A DNA stretch of 64,000 bases from contig CAXXMR010000010.1 in the NCBI GenBank assembly GCA_963663805.2, forward strand, positions 22,754 to 86,753, in the 5' to 3' direction. Both the position numbers and the translations under genes were made by a program. This document shows, piece by piece, positions 52,887 to 63,701 of the stretch. The notes below the pieces were generated by a model. It saw only the letters and a program-made list of their open reading frames with translations, ran no database searches and was not told where the DNA came from. The stretch's first letter is position 1. Each line of letters begins with the position of its first letter. This DNA comes from Sedimentisphaerales bacterium. Lineage in GTDB: Bacteria; Planctomycetota; Phycisphaerae; Sedimentisphaerales; SM23-30.

Positions 52887-54314
52887 TTAGATATTAAAGC
52901 AGATTGCCAATCTTTTTTCTATAACATCAATGATTACGTTTTTTTGTGAGTGCTGCTGTTTTGAGATTTGCCAGAGCAGCCAAAAACATATTAACAACCC
53001 CAGGAGGCGATGGAAAGCCAGGGGGTAGAAATTAAATGTTGGGATGACAAACATTAAAATCCAGGCGAAAATATACATCAGCATGTGATATGGCAGAGCG
53101 TTTTTTTTGAATATGATTAAAAAAGCCGGGATAAGAAAAACCAGGTGATGGGGCCAAATAATGGGTGAAATGGCTGTCATTAGCAGAGAAAGTGCCGGAA
53201 AGCTGTTGTAAATGATGCTTTGTTGTGAGGGTTTGGCGAGAAATGTTCGGTTGGTTATGTTTTTTCGAAGAATAACAGCGGTGAAAAAAATAAGGGTAAC
53301 TTTGCAGGCGATAATCAGATATTTGGCTATATGGGCAGGTGCTTTCGTATAAACAAAGGTTGATTTTATGAAACAGTCTATGGAGTTTTGTCGTGAAGGC
53401 CCCATGATGTAATTGCTTGCTTTTTGAAGGTTCGCAATGGAACTGCCATAATACGAAAAGTCGTTTGCCAGAGAAGTGAAGATGACGATTGTGAAAATGG
53501 CAAAAAAGAAGTAGGACAACCAACGCCAATCTTTGTTTAATAAAAATGGCAGGGCGAAAATGGCCGGCGAAATTTTCAGGTGGAACCCCAGGGCTAAAAA
53601 AAACGCAGATAATACTTTTGATCGCTGATATGTCAGCAAAGAAAGCAAAATGAGATTTGTCATATGGAAATTGACTTGTATGTAGCCAAATGTGCGAATT
53701 ACAGGTGTATTGATGCAAAGGAAGACGGTTGTGAAAACGACAGCCAGTTCTTTCGAGAAGTTGAATTTTGTCAGGATTTTGCAGGTAAGGGTGTAAAATA
53801 CGAGGAATGAAGCCAAATTGAGGCCCAGGCAAAAAGCCTGAACCGTTCCGAATCCCAGGTGAGCCAATGGTTGTAATATTGTGGCCCAAAAGGGCAGGTA
53901 GATATATCGGGGGTGAAACGGTTGCTCATAGACTATATTTTGAGCCCCTCTGTAATAGTCGCCGAAATCTCCATATGAAGTTCTTTCGCTGAGGAATAAT
54001 GTATAAATGAGGGCGCAGAAAAAGAAACCTGACCAGAAAAGCCAATTATTCCGATCGATTTTCTGATACTTAACGAGGAATATTCCGTGGCCGATAATAA
54101 TCCATAGGAAAATTAAATAGAAGAAAGGGAGGGTTGCTTTCTTTAGAGTTCCTGCAATAAATTTTTCCAGCAGGTCAAGGCCGCCGTATAAATATACAAA
54201 TATGACGTACGCTGCTATCAGTACGGTTAACGCTAGGTAAATCCTGCTGATGCACTTTGCGGCTTTATTGCTGTGCTGTTTCCAAGATGTGAGTGTGTCA
54301 ATATGATCTTGCAT
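52887..54314 (-). CDS. GT87/DUF2029-like membrane glycosyltransferase
   Basis: GDFGDYYRGA, YIYLP, QVN, LKISPA, SPIIWPHH. Confidence 0.75.
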   Translation of the reverse strand: MQDHIDTLTSWKQHSNKAAKCISRIYLALTVLIAAYVIFVYLYGGLDLLEKFIAGTLKKATLPFFYLIFLWIIIGHGIFLVKYQKIDRNNWLFWSGFFFCALIYTLFLSERTSYGDFGDYYRGAQNIVYEQPFHPRYIYLPFWATILQPLAHLGFGTVQAFCLGLNLASFLVFYTLTCKILTKFNFSKELAVVFTTVFLCINTPVIRTFGYIQVNFHMTNLILLSLLTYQRSKVLSAFFLALGFHLKISPAIFALPFLLNKDWRWLSYFFFAIFTIVIFTSLANDFSYYGSSIANLQKASNYIMGPSRQNSIDCFIKSTFVYTKAPAHIAKYLIIACKVTLIFFTAVILRKNITNRTFLAKPSQQSIIYNSFPALSLLMTAISPIIWPHHLVFLIPAFLIIFKKNALPYHMLMYIFAWILMFVIPTFNFYPLAFHRLLGLLICFWLLWQISKQQHSQKNVIIDVIEKRLAICFNI

Positions 54315-54346
54315 TTTTTTCCTGACAATCGGAAAGAGACAAAATT

Positions 54347-56176
54347 TCAATCTAGTTTGAATTGTGATTTGTATGCTTCGGCGTCGGTTTGGGCTGATTT
54401 GGGTTGCTGGTCTTTGTATAGGATTTGGTTTTCTAGCACGAGGATGTCCATGTCGGTTGCCATGAAGCATCTGTAGGCGTTTTCGGGGGTGCAGACTATT
54501 GGTTCACCTCTGATGTTGAAGCTGGTGTTGATGATTACGGGGCAGTTGGTTTTTTGTTTGAAGGCTGACATGATTTGGTGCATTCTGGGGTGGCGGTCTT
54601 TGTCGATGGTTTGGACGCGGGCGGAATAATCAACGTGGGTGATGGCGGGCACCGTTGAGCGGTTAGTCTTCAGGGCGGCCAGGCCGGTGGGTTGTGGGCC
54701 GTCTTGGGTGAGGCGTTTGTCTTCCTTTACGGGGGCGACCAGGAGCATGTAGGGGCTGTCTTCTTCGGGTCGCATCTGGAAATATTCGTCCACGTCCTCA
54801 CGCAGTACGCAGGGTGCGAAGGGTCGGAACGATTCGCGGAATTTTATTTTGAGGTTCATAGTGGTCTGCATGTCTCTGCTGCGAGCGTCTCCGATTATGC
54901 TACGGTGGCAGAGGGCGCGGGGGCCGAACTCCATGCGGCCCTGGAAATAGCCGATGACTTTTTCGGAAGCGATGAGGTCGGCGATTTTGTCGCAGAGCAG
55001 GTCTTCGTCGCTAATGGTTTCGTAGGGGGCTTTGATGGAGTCGAGGAATTCGGTGACCTGTTGGTTGGTGTAGGCGGGGCCGAGCAGTGAGCCTTGCTGA
55101 GAATCTACGCCGGTGGCTTGGCGGGGGTTGTCGAGCAGTTGGTGCCAGGTAAACAGGGCTGCTCCGAGGGCACCGCCTGCGTCTCCGGCGGCAGGCTGAA
55201 TCCAGACATTGTCGAATGGTGTTTCGCGGAGGATACGTCCGTTGCCGACGCAGTTGAGGGCGACACCGCCGGCGAGTACGAGATTTTTCATGCCGGTTTC
55301 TTTGTGGAGATGGTTGGCGGCGCGGAGCATGATTTCCTCTGTTACCTGCTGGATTGAGGCGGCGAGGTTCATTTCGCGTTGGGTGATTTTCATTTCTGGG
55401 GTGCGGCGGGGGCCGTCGAACAGTTTGTCGAATTCTGGGCCTGTCATGGTGGTGCCGTGGCAGTAGGGGAAGTATTTCAGGTTCATGCGGATGGAGCCGT
55501 CGGGCTTGAGGTCGATGAGATTTTCGAGGATGCGGTCGGTGTAGGTCGGTTGGCCGTAGGGAGCCAGACCCATGAGTTTGTATTCGCCGGAATTGACGCG
55601 GAATCCGCAGAAGTAGGTGAAGGCGGAATAGAGCAGGCCGACGGAATGGGGGAAGTGCATTTCGTGGGAGATTTCAATCTTGTTGTCGCGACCTATACCG
55701 TAACTGGCGGTGGCCCATTCGCCGACTCCGTCGAGGGTCAGGATGACGGCTTCGTTGAAGGGGGAGGGGAAGAAGGCGCTGGCGGCGTGTGATTCGTGGT
55801 GCTGGGTGAAGACGTAGCGGCCTTTGTATTTATGGTTGAGGGCTCGGTCCATCTCGCGGGGCAGGTGGAGTTTTTGTTTGAGCCAGACGGGGATACCCAT
55901 GAAAAACTGTTTGAATCCGCGAGGGGCGTAGGCGAGGTAGGTTTCGAGCAGGCGTTCAAATTTGAGCAGAGGTTTTTCGTAGAAAACGACGTAATTGATC
56001 TGGTCAGCGGTGATTTGTGCTTGTTGGAGGCAGTATTCGACGGCGTGGTTGGGGAAGTTCTGGTCGTGTTTGATACGGGTGAAGCGTTCTTCCTGAGCGG
56101 CGGCGATGATTTTGCCGTTCTGGATGAGAGCGGCGGCACTGTCGTGGTAGAAAGCTGATATTCCGAGGATGTTCAT
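54347..56176 (-). CDS. NodU/CmcH-family carbamoyltransferase
   Basis: ILGISAFYHDSAAAL, EERF, HHESHAAS, DGVGE, GEYKLMGLA, GGVALN, EFGPRAL, FRPFAP, NTSFN. Confidence 0.95.
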   Translation of the reverse strand: MNILGISAFYHDSAAALIQNGKIIAAAQEERFTRIKHDQNFPNHAVEYCLQQAQITADQINYVVFYEKPLLKFERLLETYLAYAPRGFKQFFMGIPVWLKQKLHLPREMDRALNHKYKGRYVFTQHHESHAASAFFPSPFNEAVILTLDGVGEWATASYGIGRDNKIEISHEMHFPHSVGLLYSAFTYFCGFRVNSGEYKLMGLAPYGQPTYTDRILENLIDLKPDGSIRMNLKYFPYCHGTTMTGPEFDKLFDGPRRTPEMKITQREMNLAASIQQVTEEIMLRAANHLHKETGMKNLVLAGGVALNCVGNGRILRETPFDNVWIQPAAGDAGGALGAALFTWHQLLDNPRQATGVDSQQGSLLGPAYTNQQVTEFLDSIKAPYETISDEDLLCDKIADLIASEKVIGYFQGRMEFGPRALCHRSIIGDARSRDMQTTMNLKIKFRESFRPFAPCVLREDVDEYFQMRPEEDSPYMLLVAPVKEDKRLTQDGPQPTGLAALKTNRSTVPAITHVDYSARVQTIDKDRHPRMHQIMSAFKQKTNCPVIINTSFNIRGEPIVCTPENAYRCFMATDMDILVLENQILYKDQQPKSAQTDAEAYKSQFKLD

Positions 56177-56420
56177 ATTTTTAGATTCCGGATAGCCTTT
56201 TTTAGATAATTTTCTTTCGCCCCTTCGGAGCTTTATAATTGCTTTTCCAGTCATCCGGGGGCTTACGCCGCCCGGCCATTCGCTCTTATGACCCCTTTGG
56301 GGTCTTTTAAAAAAGATAAGACCAGCCCCTTACTTGGCAAGAAGCTGCCACCCGGACTGTGTTTTTGTTTATTGCTGTATAGTTCATGTTATTTTATCGG
56401 CGAAATGTGGTTTGTCAGGT

Positions 56421-57995
56421 TTATTTTTTTCGATTGTAGCGGTCGGGGTTAATTTCGAGTTGTTTGGTTTTATAGCGAATGATGCGGGGGGTGGTTCCCA
56501 GGGTTCGGGCCGCAGCGGCAAGATTGCCGTTGGTCTGCTTGAGTGAATCAACGATGATGTCACGTTCGAAGAGTGCGACTCTCTCCTCGAGTGTTCCGGT
56601 GCCGAAGGTGTCGGTGGCATCTGAGGTCTGGAGTGTGGGGGGCAGATGATGACCGTGTATTACGCCGTCGGAGCTGAGCAGTACGGCCCGTTCGATGCAG
56701 TTTTCGAGTTCGCGGACATTGCCGGGCCAGTGGTAGCTGGTCATCATGTTGATGGCGGGGGTGGTAATACGGCGGATTTCCTTGCCCATACGTTGGGCGT
56801 ATTGCTCGGAGAAGTGGTCGGCTAACTGTAGTATGTCATCTTTGCGGTCACGCAGGGCGGGCAGGAAGATGGGGAATACGTTTATACGATAGTAGAGGTC
56901 CTGGCGGAATGTGCCTTTTTCGACATTTTTTTCAAGATTGGCGTTGGTGGCACAGAGTACGCGGACATTGGTTTTGATGGGTTTGTTGGAGCCGACGCGT
57001 TCAAATTCGCGTTCCTGCAGGAATCGCAGCAGTTTTACTTGAGTTGCGGGTGAGAAGTCTCCGATTTCGTCGAGGAACAGGGTTCCTCCGGCGGCTTCTT
57101 CGATGCGTCCAATCCGGGCCTGTACTGCTCCGGTGAAAGCTCCTTTTTCGTGGCCGAAGAGTTCTGATTCGAGCAGGTTTTCGCTGAGCGCGGCACAATT
57201 AACGCGTACAAAAGGCTGTTGGGCCCGAGGGCTGGAATAATGTATGGCGTGGGCGACGAGTTCCTTGCCGGTTCCTGATTCGCCGCGGATGAGTACTGTT
57301 GTGTCGGATGAACTGACCTGATGTATGGCTTGATATACGTCGCGCATGGCACCTGAATTACCGATGATGTTTTCGGGTCGGAAACGGTCTTCCAGTTCGG
57401 TGCGGAGGCGTAGGTTTTCGTCCTGGAGGATTTGGCTTTGGGCGGCGGCGGCTCGGCGTGACCTGATGTCGTTGGCAATCATACTGCCGACGATGCTGAG
57501 GAAGCGGACGTCTTCGTCGAGGGGTGCTTCTTCATCGAAAACGCGGTCAACAGACATTGCTCCGATGGCTTGTTTGTCGATGGCGATGGGTACGCAAATG
57601 AAACTTATTTCGCTGCGGACGATTTTTTTGCGGTTTCGTCGGTCGAGGAACAGCGGGTCTTGTGAGATTTTTGGCACAATGGCGGGGGAACAATTTTGTA
57701 CGACCTTGCCGGTTACACCTTCGCCGAGCTGGTAACTCATGGCCTGTCGCTGTTTTTCGGAGAGGTTATGGGCGACTTCGACGTTGATTTCGGAGTTGTC
57801 GGGTGCCAGAAGCAAAATTGTGCCGCGAGTCATGCCCAGTTCGTGGTCGAGCATATCAAGGATTTCGGCGAGCATCTGCTGCTGGTTTTGGCCTATGGCT
57901 ATAATTCTGCTTATACTGTAAAGGGTCTCTAGTTCTCGGACGTGCCTCTGGGCATGTTGCAGCTTCTTTTCTGACACGTTGATGGTTTTTGTCAT
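56421..57995 (-). CDS. NifA-like sigma54 enhancer-binding protein (GAF-AAA+-HTH)
   Basis: N-terminal GAF (GEGVTG, SFICVPI), [32 protein letters not shown]-terminal HTH. Confidence 0.92.
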   Translation of the reverse strand: MTKTINVSEKKLQHAQRHVRELETLYSISRIIAIGQNQQQMLAEILDMLDHELGMTRGTILLLAPDNSEINVEVAHNLSEKQRQAMSYQLGEGVTGKVVQNCSPAIVPKISQDPLFLDRRNRKKIVRSEISFICVPIAIDKQAIGAMSVDRVFDEEAPLDEDVRFLSIVGSMIANDIRSRRAAAAQSQILQDENLRLRTELEDRFRPENIIGNSGAMRDVYQAIHQVSSSDTTVLIRGESGTGKELVAHAIHYSSPRAQQPFVRVNCAALSENLLESELFGHEKGAFTGAVQARIGRIEEAAGGTLFLDEIGDFSPATQVKLLRFLQEREFERVGSNKPIKTNVRVLCATNANLEKNVEKGTFRQDLYYRINVFPIFLPALRDRKDDILQLADHFSEQYAQRMGKEIRRITTPAINMMTSYHWPGNVRELENCIERAVLLSSDGVIHGHHLPPTLQTSDATDTFGTGTLEERVALFERDIIVDSLKQTNGNLAAAARTLGTTPRIIRYKTKQLEINPDRYNRKK

Positions 57996-58154
57996 TTTGG
58001 GCTCCTTGGGGCGGTAGTCGGCATCCTGCTTTAGTTACAAAATTGTAACAAACATGTTAGCTTATGACAACCATGTAATCTGGATTTTTTGGCAATCTTG
58101 CCATATATTTTGTAAGCATTTTGTTTACAAGTAGTTATGTGATTGATATTTTTC

Positions 58155-58170
58155 TGGCACGGAATGTGCA
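58155..58170 (+). promoter_or_regulatory. Sigma54 -24/-12 promoter
   Basis: TGGCACGGAATGTGCA upstream of the porin-amt-glnK unit. Confidence 0.75.
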
Positions 58171-58282
58171 TTAGGGGGAAGTGTGGGTTGTGAATTGTCG
58201 CAAGCCCGGAAACCCGGCCGGTTTCAGAAAAAGGTATATGAAAATAGAGTGAACTAACGGAAAAGCTAACAGGAGTTAAAAC

Positions 58283-59062
58283 ATGAAGCTGACAAAAGCA
58301 AGATTGAGCACATTGGTTGTGGTATTAGCAGGGATGCTTGGTATGAGCGGTATGGCGAGGGCGGAAGATGCCGGTTTGGGCGTTGCTCTGGACGCGACTT
58401 ATGTGAGTAAGTATTTATGGCGTGGTTATGATTTGTTTGACGACCATGCGGCGTTTCAGCCGAGCGTTGATTTCGATTTATTCGGAACGGGTTTCGGCGT
58501 GAATGTGTGGGGTTCAATTCCCATGGGTTCGGGCAACGGTATCAATGCCTGGCAGGAATATGACTATACTCTGTATTACGGCACGACTTTGATGGAGGAC
58601 GAGACTTTCGCGGTTGATTTTGGTGCAAATTATATATATTTCGATTTTCCGAAACTCAACAGTGAAGCCGATACTCAGGAGTTTGGCGTTAGTGCGGCAT
58701 TGCCGAATCTGATTGCCGTGGGTGAGCTTACGCTGGTGCCGAGTTACTATGTGGGTAAGTTGTGGCCGACGGATTCGGGTGTGAGCGGTGTATCGGGTTG
58801 GTATCATAGTTTCGCGTTAGCGACAGATATAGCTATTCCGGGTACTGAATATGCTTTGTCGCTGTCTTCGGATATTAATTATAACGACGGTTTGTTTGGG
58901 TCGGACCATGACTGGTCGCACATGACTTTTACGGCAGGGACGAGCTTTGATGTTGGTCCGGTATCGGTAGGACCGTTCGTGGCTTATCAGGTTTCCATGG
59001 ATGATTCTGTTAATGATGAAGATGAGTTTTATGGCGGCGTAAGCGTGAGTTATTCGTTTTGA
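58283..59062 (+). CDS. Outer-membrane beta-barrel protein (TorF/Gcw_chp-like putative porin)
   Basis: Signal peptide, SKYLWRG...AAFQP, alternating beta strands, C-terminal VSYSF. Confidence 0.72.
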   Translation: MKLTKARLSTLVVVLAGMLGMSGMARAEDAGLGVALDATYVSKYLWRGYDLFDDHAAFQPSVDFDLFGTGFGVNVWGSIPMGSGNGINAWQEYDYTLYYGTTLMEDETFAVDFGANYIYFDFPKLNSEADTQEFGVSAALPNLIAVGELTLVPSYYVGKLWPTDSGVSGVSGWYHSFALATDIAIPGTEYALSLSSDINYNDGLFGSDHDWSHMTFTAGTSFDVGPVSVGPFVAYQVSMDDSVNDEDEFYGGVSVSYSF

Positions 59063-59181
59063 TTGATTAAACCTATGGCTGCTGAGTTCCGCGGCGGCAG
59101 GGGGGTAAAAGGCGGGACATGGGTACAAAATTGATAGAACATTTTTCGATCGGGTCGCTGAACTCGGGAAGGAATAAGACA

Positions 59182-60587
59182 ATGAAGAACTATGTAAGAT
59201 GGAAAGTATTTTTACTGGTGATGCTGGCTCTGGGCTTTGCGGGCTCGGGGGCCTGGGCTGATGATTCGGCCAATATCGCAGAGCTAACCGCAATGAACGA
59301 GGCCTTGCAGAATAATCTGAATATCGTGTGGACCTGTTTAGCGGCGTTTCTGGTGTTTTTTATGCAGGCGGGTTTCGCGATGGTGGAAGTTGGCTTTACC
59401 CGTGCCAAGAACGCGGTAAATATTATCATGAAGAACCTGATGGACTTTTCCATCGGTACTTTGGCGTTCTTTTTTATCGGTTTCGGTTTGATGTTCGGTG
59501 TTACCAACGGCGTATTTGGTACTACAGATTTTTGTGTGACCAATTTGCTGAGCGTGGGCGATACCGCCGGTGACGGGGCTCATTGGAATTACACCTTTTT
59601 GATATTCCAGACCGTTTTTGCCGGGACCGCCGCGACCATCGTATCGGGCGCTATGGCAGGTCGTACCAAGTTCAAGGCTTATTTGCTGTACAGGTGTATT
59701 TATCTGTGCGTTCATTTACCACGATTTTCGGGTCATGGGCGTGGGGCAGCCTGCTCAACGGTAACGGCTGGCTGGAAAAGATGGGTTTTTGTGATTTCGC
59801 CGGTTCGACTGTTGTACATTCTATCGGCGGCTGGTTAGCTCTGGCAGGTGCCATAATCCTTGGCCCGCGTATCGGTAAATATGGTCCTGACAAAAAGCCT
59901 CGCGCTATTCTGGGTCATAACATTACTCTGGCAGCTTTGGGTGTGTTCATTCTGTGGTTCGGCTGGTTCGGTTTCAATCCGGGCAGTACCCACCCACCGG
60001 TAATGGTGAAATAGGTCGGGTGGCGGTTACCACCAACCTGGCTGCCGCGGCGGGTGCGATTATGGCGATGATTGTATCGTGGATAATCTCGAAGAAGCCG
60101 GATGCGTCCATGTCGCTGAATGGTGCTTTGGCAGGTTTGGTAGCGATTACCGCAGGCTGCTATACCGTGACTCCAATGGGCTCGATTTTCATTGGTTTGA
60201 TCGCTGGTGCCCTGGTAGTGCTGAGTGTTATATTTATTGACTCTGTATTGAAGGTTGATGACCCGGTCGGTGCGGTATCGGTACACGGTGTCTGCGGTGC
60301 TTTCGGTACTCTGGCCTGCGGTTTGTTCAACGCTGAAGCGGTACTGGGTATCGGTGATGCCAACAGCGGTCTGTTTTACGGTGGTGGTTTTGGGCAGTTT
60401 GGGGTACAGTTGGCAGGGTGTCGGAGCAGGTTTTGCCTGGGCATTTTTCCTGGGTCTGATTCTGTTCAGTATCATCAAGGCCACTGTCGGTATCCGCGTG
60501 ACTGCCGAAGAAGAACTCAAGGGTCTGGATATTACCGAACATGGTATGGAAGCGTACAGCGGATTCCAGATTTTTACCAATCACTAA
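59182..60587 (+). CDS. amt: Ammonium transporter (frameshifted in this assembly)
   Basis: [57 protein letters not shown]. Confidence 0.9.
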
Positions 60588-60667
60588 TGTCGCCGAGTAG
60601 AACTGTAAATAATAACACACAGGCTGCGGCGAATATCGCGGGCCTGAAATAGACAGGAGATTTAGTT

Positions 60668-61009
60668 ATGCATTTAATAGTGGCTTATATACAGCCCCAC
60701 AAGCTGAACGATGTGAAACAGTCGTTATACGCGGCTGAGATTTATAAGATGTCGGTCACCAACGCTCTAGGCTGCGGTCAGCAGGGCGGTTACCACGAAT
60801 CGTATCGCGGTGTGGATGTCGAAGTTAATCTGCTCAAGAAGGTTCGTCTGGAGATAGCGGTTAATGAGAATTATGTCCAGGCGACAATCGATGCCATCGT
60901 CGCTGGCGCCAAGACCGGCGAGATTGGCGACGGTAAGATCTTTGTAATTCCGCTGGAACGCTGTGTGCGGATTCGTACCGGCGAAGAAGGCGGTGACGCA
61001 ATTGGCTAA
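60668..61009 (+). CDS. glnK: P-II family nitrogen regulator
   Basis: [26 protein letters not shown]. Follows amt. Confidence 0.9.
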   Translation: MHLIVAYIQPHKLNDVKQSLYAAEIYKMSVTNALGCGQQGGYHESYRGVDVEVNLLKKVRLEIAVNENYVQATIDAIVAGAKTGEIGDGKIFVIPLERCVRIRTGEEGGDAIG

Positions 61010-61282
61010 TAATTAGCTGGTCGATTGATTTATGAATTTGGGGCGACCCGAGACCGGTGTGTTTTGTCGTTAGCGGCAGGGCACACCGGGCCCCTCTTTT
61101 CGGGGGCACAGGTTTTTTGGGAGGGCAGCCTGGTGAGGAAGTTGCGAGAGAGCGGGCGGCGTGACAATAATGTAAAAAACATGACAGTTGTTACAAAAGT
61201 GTGATTTTGGCCATTGCAGAAGGGGCGGGCGGTAAAGACATAAATGTAGTACATTCCTGTAGATAGAGACATTTTTGATTTC

Positions 61283-61298
61283 TGGCACGTTTATTGCT
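61283..61298 (+). promoter_or_regulatory. Sigma54 -24/-12 promoter
   Basis: TGGCACGTTTATTGCT, consensus match upstream of the second amt. Confidence 0.85.
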
Positions 61299-61399
61299 TT
61301 GATATTTTGGCGATAGACAACAATTGTGTTAGATGGGCTGACAAGCGTAGTTGGTCGTTTGACACCGGCGTGCACAGAGAACAGAAAGGAATCTCGGGA

Positions 61400-62704
61400 A
61401 TGGTTAAAGGAAAGTTCGCAGGGGCGGTGCTGTTGGTAGGTTTGCTTCCGGGGCTGCTCTGGGCCGATGACAGTCTGAAAGTGGATTCGGGGACGACGGC
61501 GTGGATGCTGACTTCGACAGCTTTTGTGCTGCTGATGGTGCCGGGTCTGGCGATGTTTTATGGTGGGCTGGTGCGTACGAAAAATGTGCTGGGTACCATG
61601 ATGCACAGTTTCGCGGCGATGGCAATCATCGGGGTGATATGGATTATCGCTGGTTACGCGATGTGCTTTGGCAGCAGTAACGGCTGGTGTGGTTGGGACT
61701 GGGATTTCTTTTTTCTGAAGGGTCTGGACAGTGGGCCGGGCTCTCTTTACCCGATTGAAGTGAACGGCGAAGCCATGGCGATACCGTCCCTGGTTTTTGC
61801 GATGTTCCAGGGCAAGTTTGCAATTATCACTCCGGCCCTGATTGCCGGTGCGTTCGCCGAGCGTGTTCGGTTCAAAGGCTATTGCATTTACATCGCTTTG
61901 TGGAGTTTGCTGATTTACAATCCGCTGGCGCATTGGGTCTGGGGTGGTGGTTTTCTTACCGGCAAGGCCATTGATTTTGCCGGCGGTACCGTGATTCATA
62001 TATCAGCGGGTGTGGCAGGTTTAGTTACGGCTTTGTATCTTGGTTCGCGTCGCGGTTATCCCAAAACCGCTATGCATCCGAATAATCTGGTAATGACTAT
62101 GATGGGAGCCGGTTTGCTGTGGGTGGGCTGGTTTGGTTTTAATGCGGGCAGTTCGGTTTCTAGTGGCTTGCAGACCGCTCAGGCGTTGACGGTAACTCAG
62201 ATTGCCGCGGCGGCCGGTGCGCTTACCTGGATGCTTATCGAAGCGGTACATTTACGCAAAGCTACTAGTTTGGGTCTGGTTTCGGGGATTCTGGCGGGGC
62301 TGGTGGCGATTACGCCGGCCGCGGGTGATGTGCCGCCCTATGGCGCGGTGATTCTGGGTGTTATAGCGAGTTTCTGCTGCTATGGCGCTATTTCTCTGAA
62401 AAACAAACTTGGTTATGACGATACGCTCGATGTGTTTGGTATTCATGGTGTCGCGGGTATGTTCGGCGCAATCGGTTTAACTTTTGTTCTGCGTGAAATA
62501 CCTGAACATGGTTTCAGTACGCAATTATGGTATCAGGTTGAAGGTGTGCTGCTGAGTATAGTTTATTCGGCGGTTGTGACTTTGATTATCGCGGTGTTTG
62601 TGGATAAAGTTTTCGGGTTCAAGCTGGCTGAGAGCAAAGAGATGGCCGGCATGGACGACAGCCTGCACGGCGAGAATGGCTACGGTATGCTGAATCTGAA
62701 TTAA
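61400..62704 (+). CDS. amtB: Ammonium transporter AmtB
   Basis: PGLAMFYGG, FAIIT, DFAGGTVIH, WFGFNAGS, DDTLDVFGIHG. Confidence 0.95.
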   Translation: MVKGKFAGAVLLVGLLPGLLWADDSLKVDSGTTAWMLTSTAFVLLMVPGLAMFYGGLVRTKNVLGTMMHSFAAMAIIGVIWIIAGYAMCFGSSNGWCGWDWDFFFLKGLDSGPGSLYPIEVNGEAMAIPSLVFAMFQGKFAIITPALIAGAFAERVRFKGYCIYIALWSLLIYNPLAHWVWGGGFLTGKAIDFAGGTVIHISAGVAGLVTALYLGSRRGYPKTAMHPNNLVMTMMGAGLLWVGWFGFNAGSSVSSGLQTAQALTVTQIAAAAGALTWMLIEAVHLRKATSLGLVSGILAGLVAITPAAGDVPPYGAVILGVIASFCCYGAISLKNKLGYDDTLDVFGIHGVAGMFGAIGLTFVLREIPEHGFSTQLWYQVEGVLLSIVYSAVVTLIIAVFVDKVFGFKLAESKEMAGMDDSLHGENGYGMLNLN

Positions 62705-62775
62705 TCGCTGTTTGTGAGAAAATTTATTAAATAGAAATCAATACACCTGCTCGCGGGCAGAAAGGAAATACAGAG

Positions 62776-63117
62776 ATGAAGATGGTAACTGCGATAATTC
62801 AGCCTGATAAACTGGACGCGGTGCGTGAGGCTTTGATAAAAGCTGAGATTACTCGTATTACGGTTAGTCGCTGTACCGGCCGGGGCCGGGCTGAGGAGAT
62901 TGAATTATACCGGGGTCAGGCGGTGGCGCCGGATTTGATTAGTAAGATTCGGCTGGATATCGCGTGCAACGATGAATTTGTTGATACTACCGTCAATGCG
63001 ATTTTGACGGCGGCCAGACACGGTGAAGGTAAGATAGGTGACGGCAAGATTTTTGTTACGAGTCTGGAGGAATGTATTCGGATTCGTACTGATGAGAAGG
63101 GCGGCGAAGCTATCTGA
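62776..63117 (+). CDS. glnK: P-II family nitrogen regulator
   Basis: [26 protein letters not shown]. Confidence 0.9.
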   Translation: MKMVTAIIQPDKLDAVREALIKAEITRITVSRCTGRGRAEEIELYRGQAVAPDLISKIRLDIACNDEFVDTTVNAILTAARHGEGKIGDGKIFVTSLEECIRIRTDEKGGEAI

Positions 63118-63179
63118 GGTGCAGGTTACGAAAGTGCAGCTTTTTGGGAGTTTGGCAGCTTAGCGGATTTTGGTGAATC

Positions 63180-63341
63180 GGCATGTTGGCGACGGTGCTT
63201 TGGCAGGGGTTGGGACGTTGTTGATTTGTTTTGTGATTGAAAAGACAATCGGTTTTCGGTTGGAAGAGAAGCTGGAAATGGCCGGCATGGATTTTTCTCT
63301 GCACGGCGAACATGGCTACGGTTATGATTAACCCGAATTGA
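63180..63341 (+). pseudogene. C-terminal remnant of a third amt gene
   Basis: GVGTLLICFVIEKTIGFRLEEKLEMAGMDFSLHGEHGYG matches the AmtB tail EMAGMDDSLHGENGYG. Confidence 0.75.
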
Positions 63342-63356
63342 GGCATAGGAGCAACG

Positions 63357-63701
63357 ATGAAATTAGTAACAGCTATTATTCAGCCGGACAAGCTCGATGA
63401 AGTCCGTGAGGAATTGATTCGGGCGGAAATTACCCGTATTACAGTTAGTCGCTGTACCGGTCATGGTCGGGCCAGCGAGATAAATCTTTATCGCGGGCAG
63501 GAAATCGCGCCCAATCTCATCTCCAAGGTGAGGATTGATATTGCCTGTAATGACGATTTTGTGGATACTACGGTAAATGCGATTTTGAAGGCGGCCAAGC
63601 ATGGTTCGGATGGTTCGCTGGGCGATGGGAAAATCTTTATTAGTAATCTGGAAGAGTGTATCAGGATTCGCACAGGTGAGAAAGGCGGGGCGGCGATTTA
63701 A
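63357..63701 (+). CDS. glnK: P-II family nitrogen regulator
   Basis: MKLVTAIIQP, LYRG, GDGKIFI, IRIRTGE. Confidence 0.9.
   Translation: MKLVTAIIQPDKLDEVREELIRAEITRITVSRCTGHGRASEINLYRGQEIAPNLISKVRIDIACNDDFVDTTVNAILKAAKHGSDGSLGDGKIFISNLEECIRIRTGEKGGAAI

Noticed and set aside
56421..57995. Calling the activator nifA and inferring nitrogen fixation
   Set aside because: No nif structural genes in the window, and architecture alone is insufficient.
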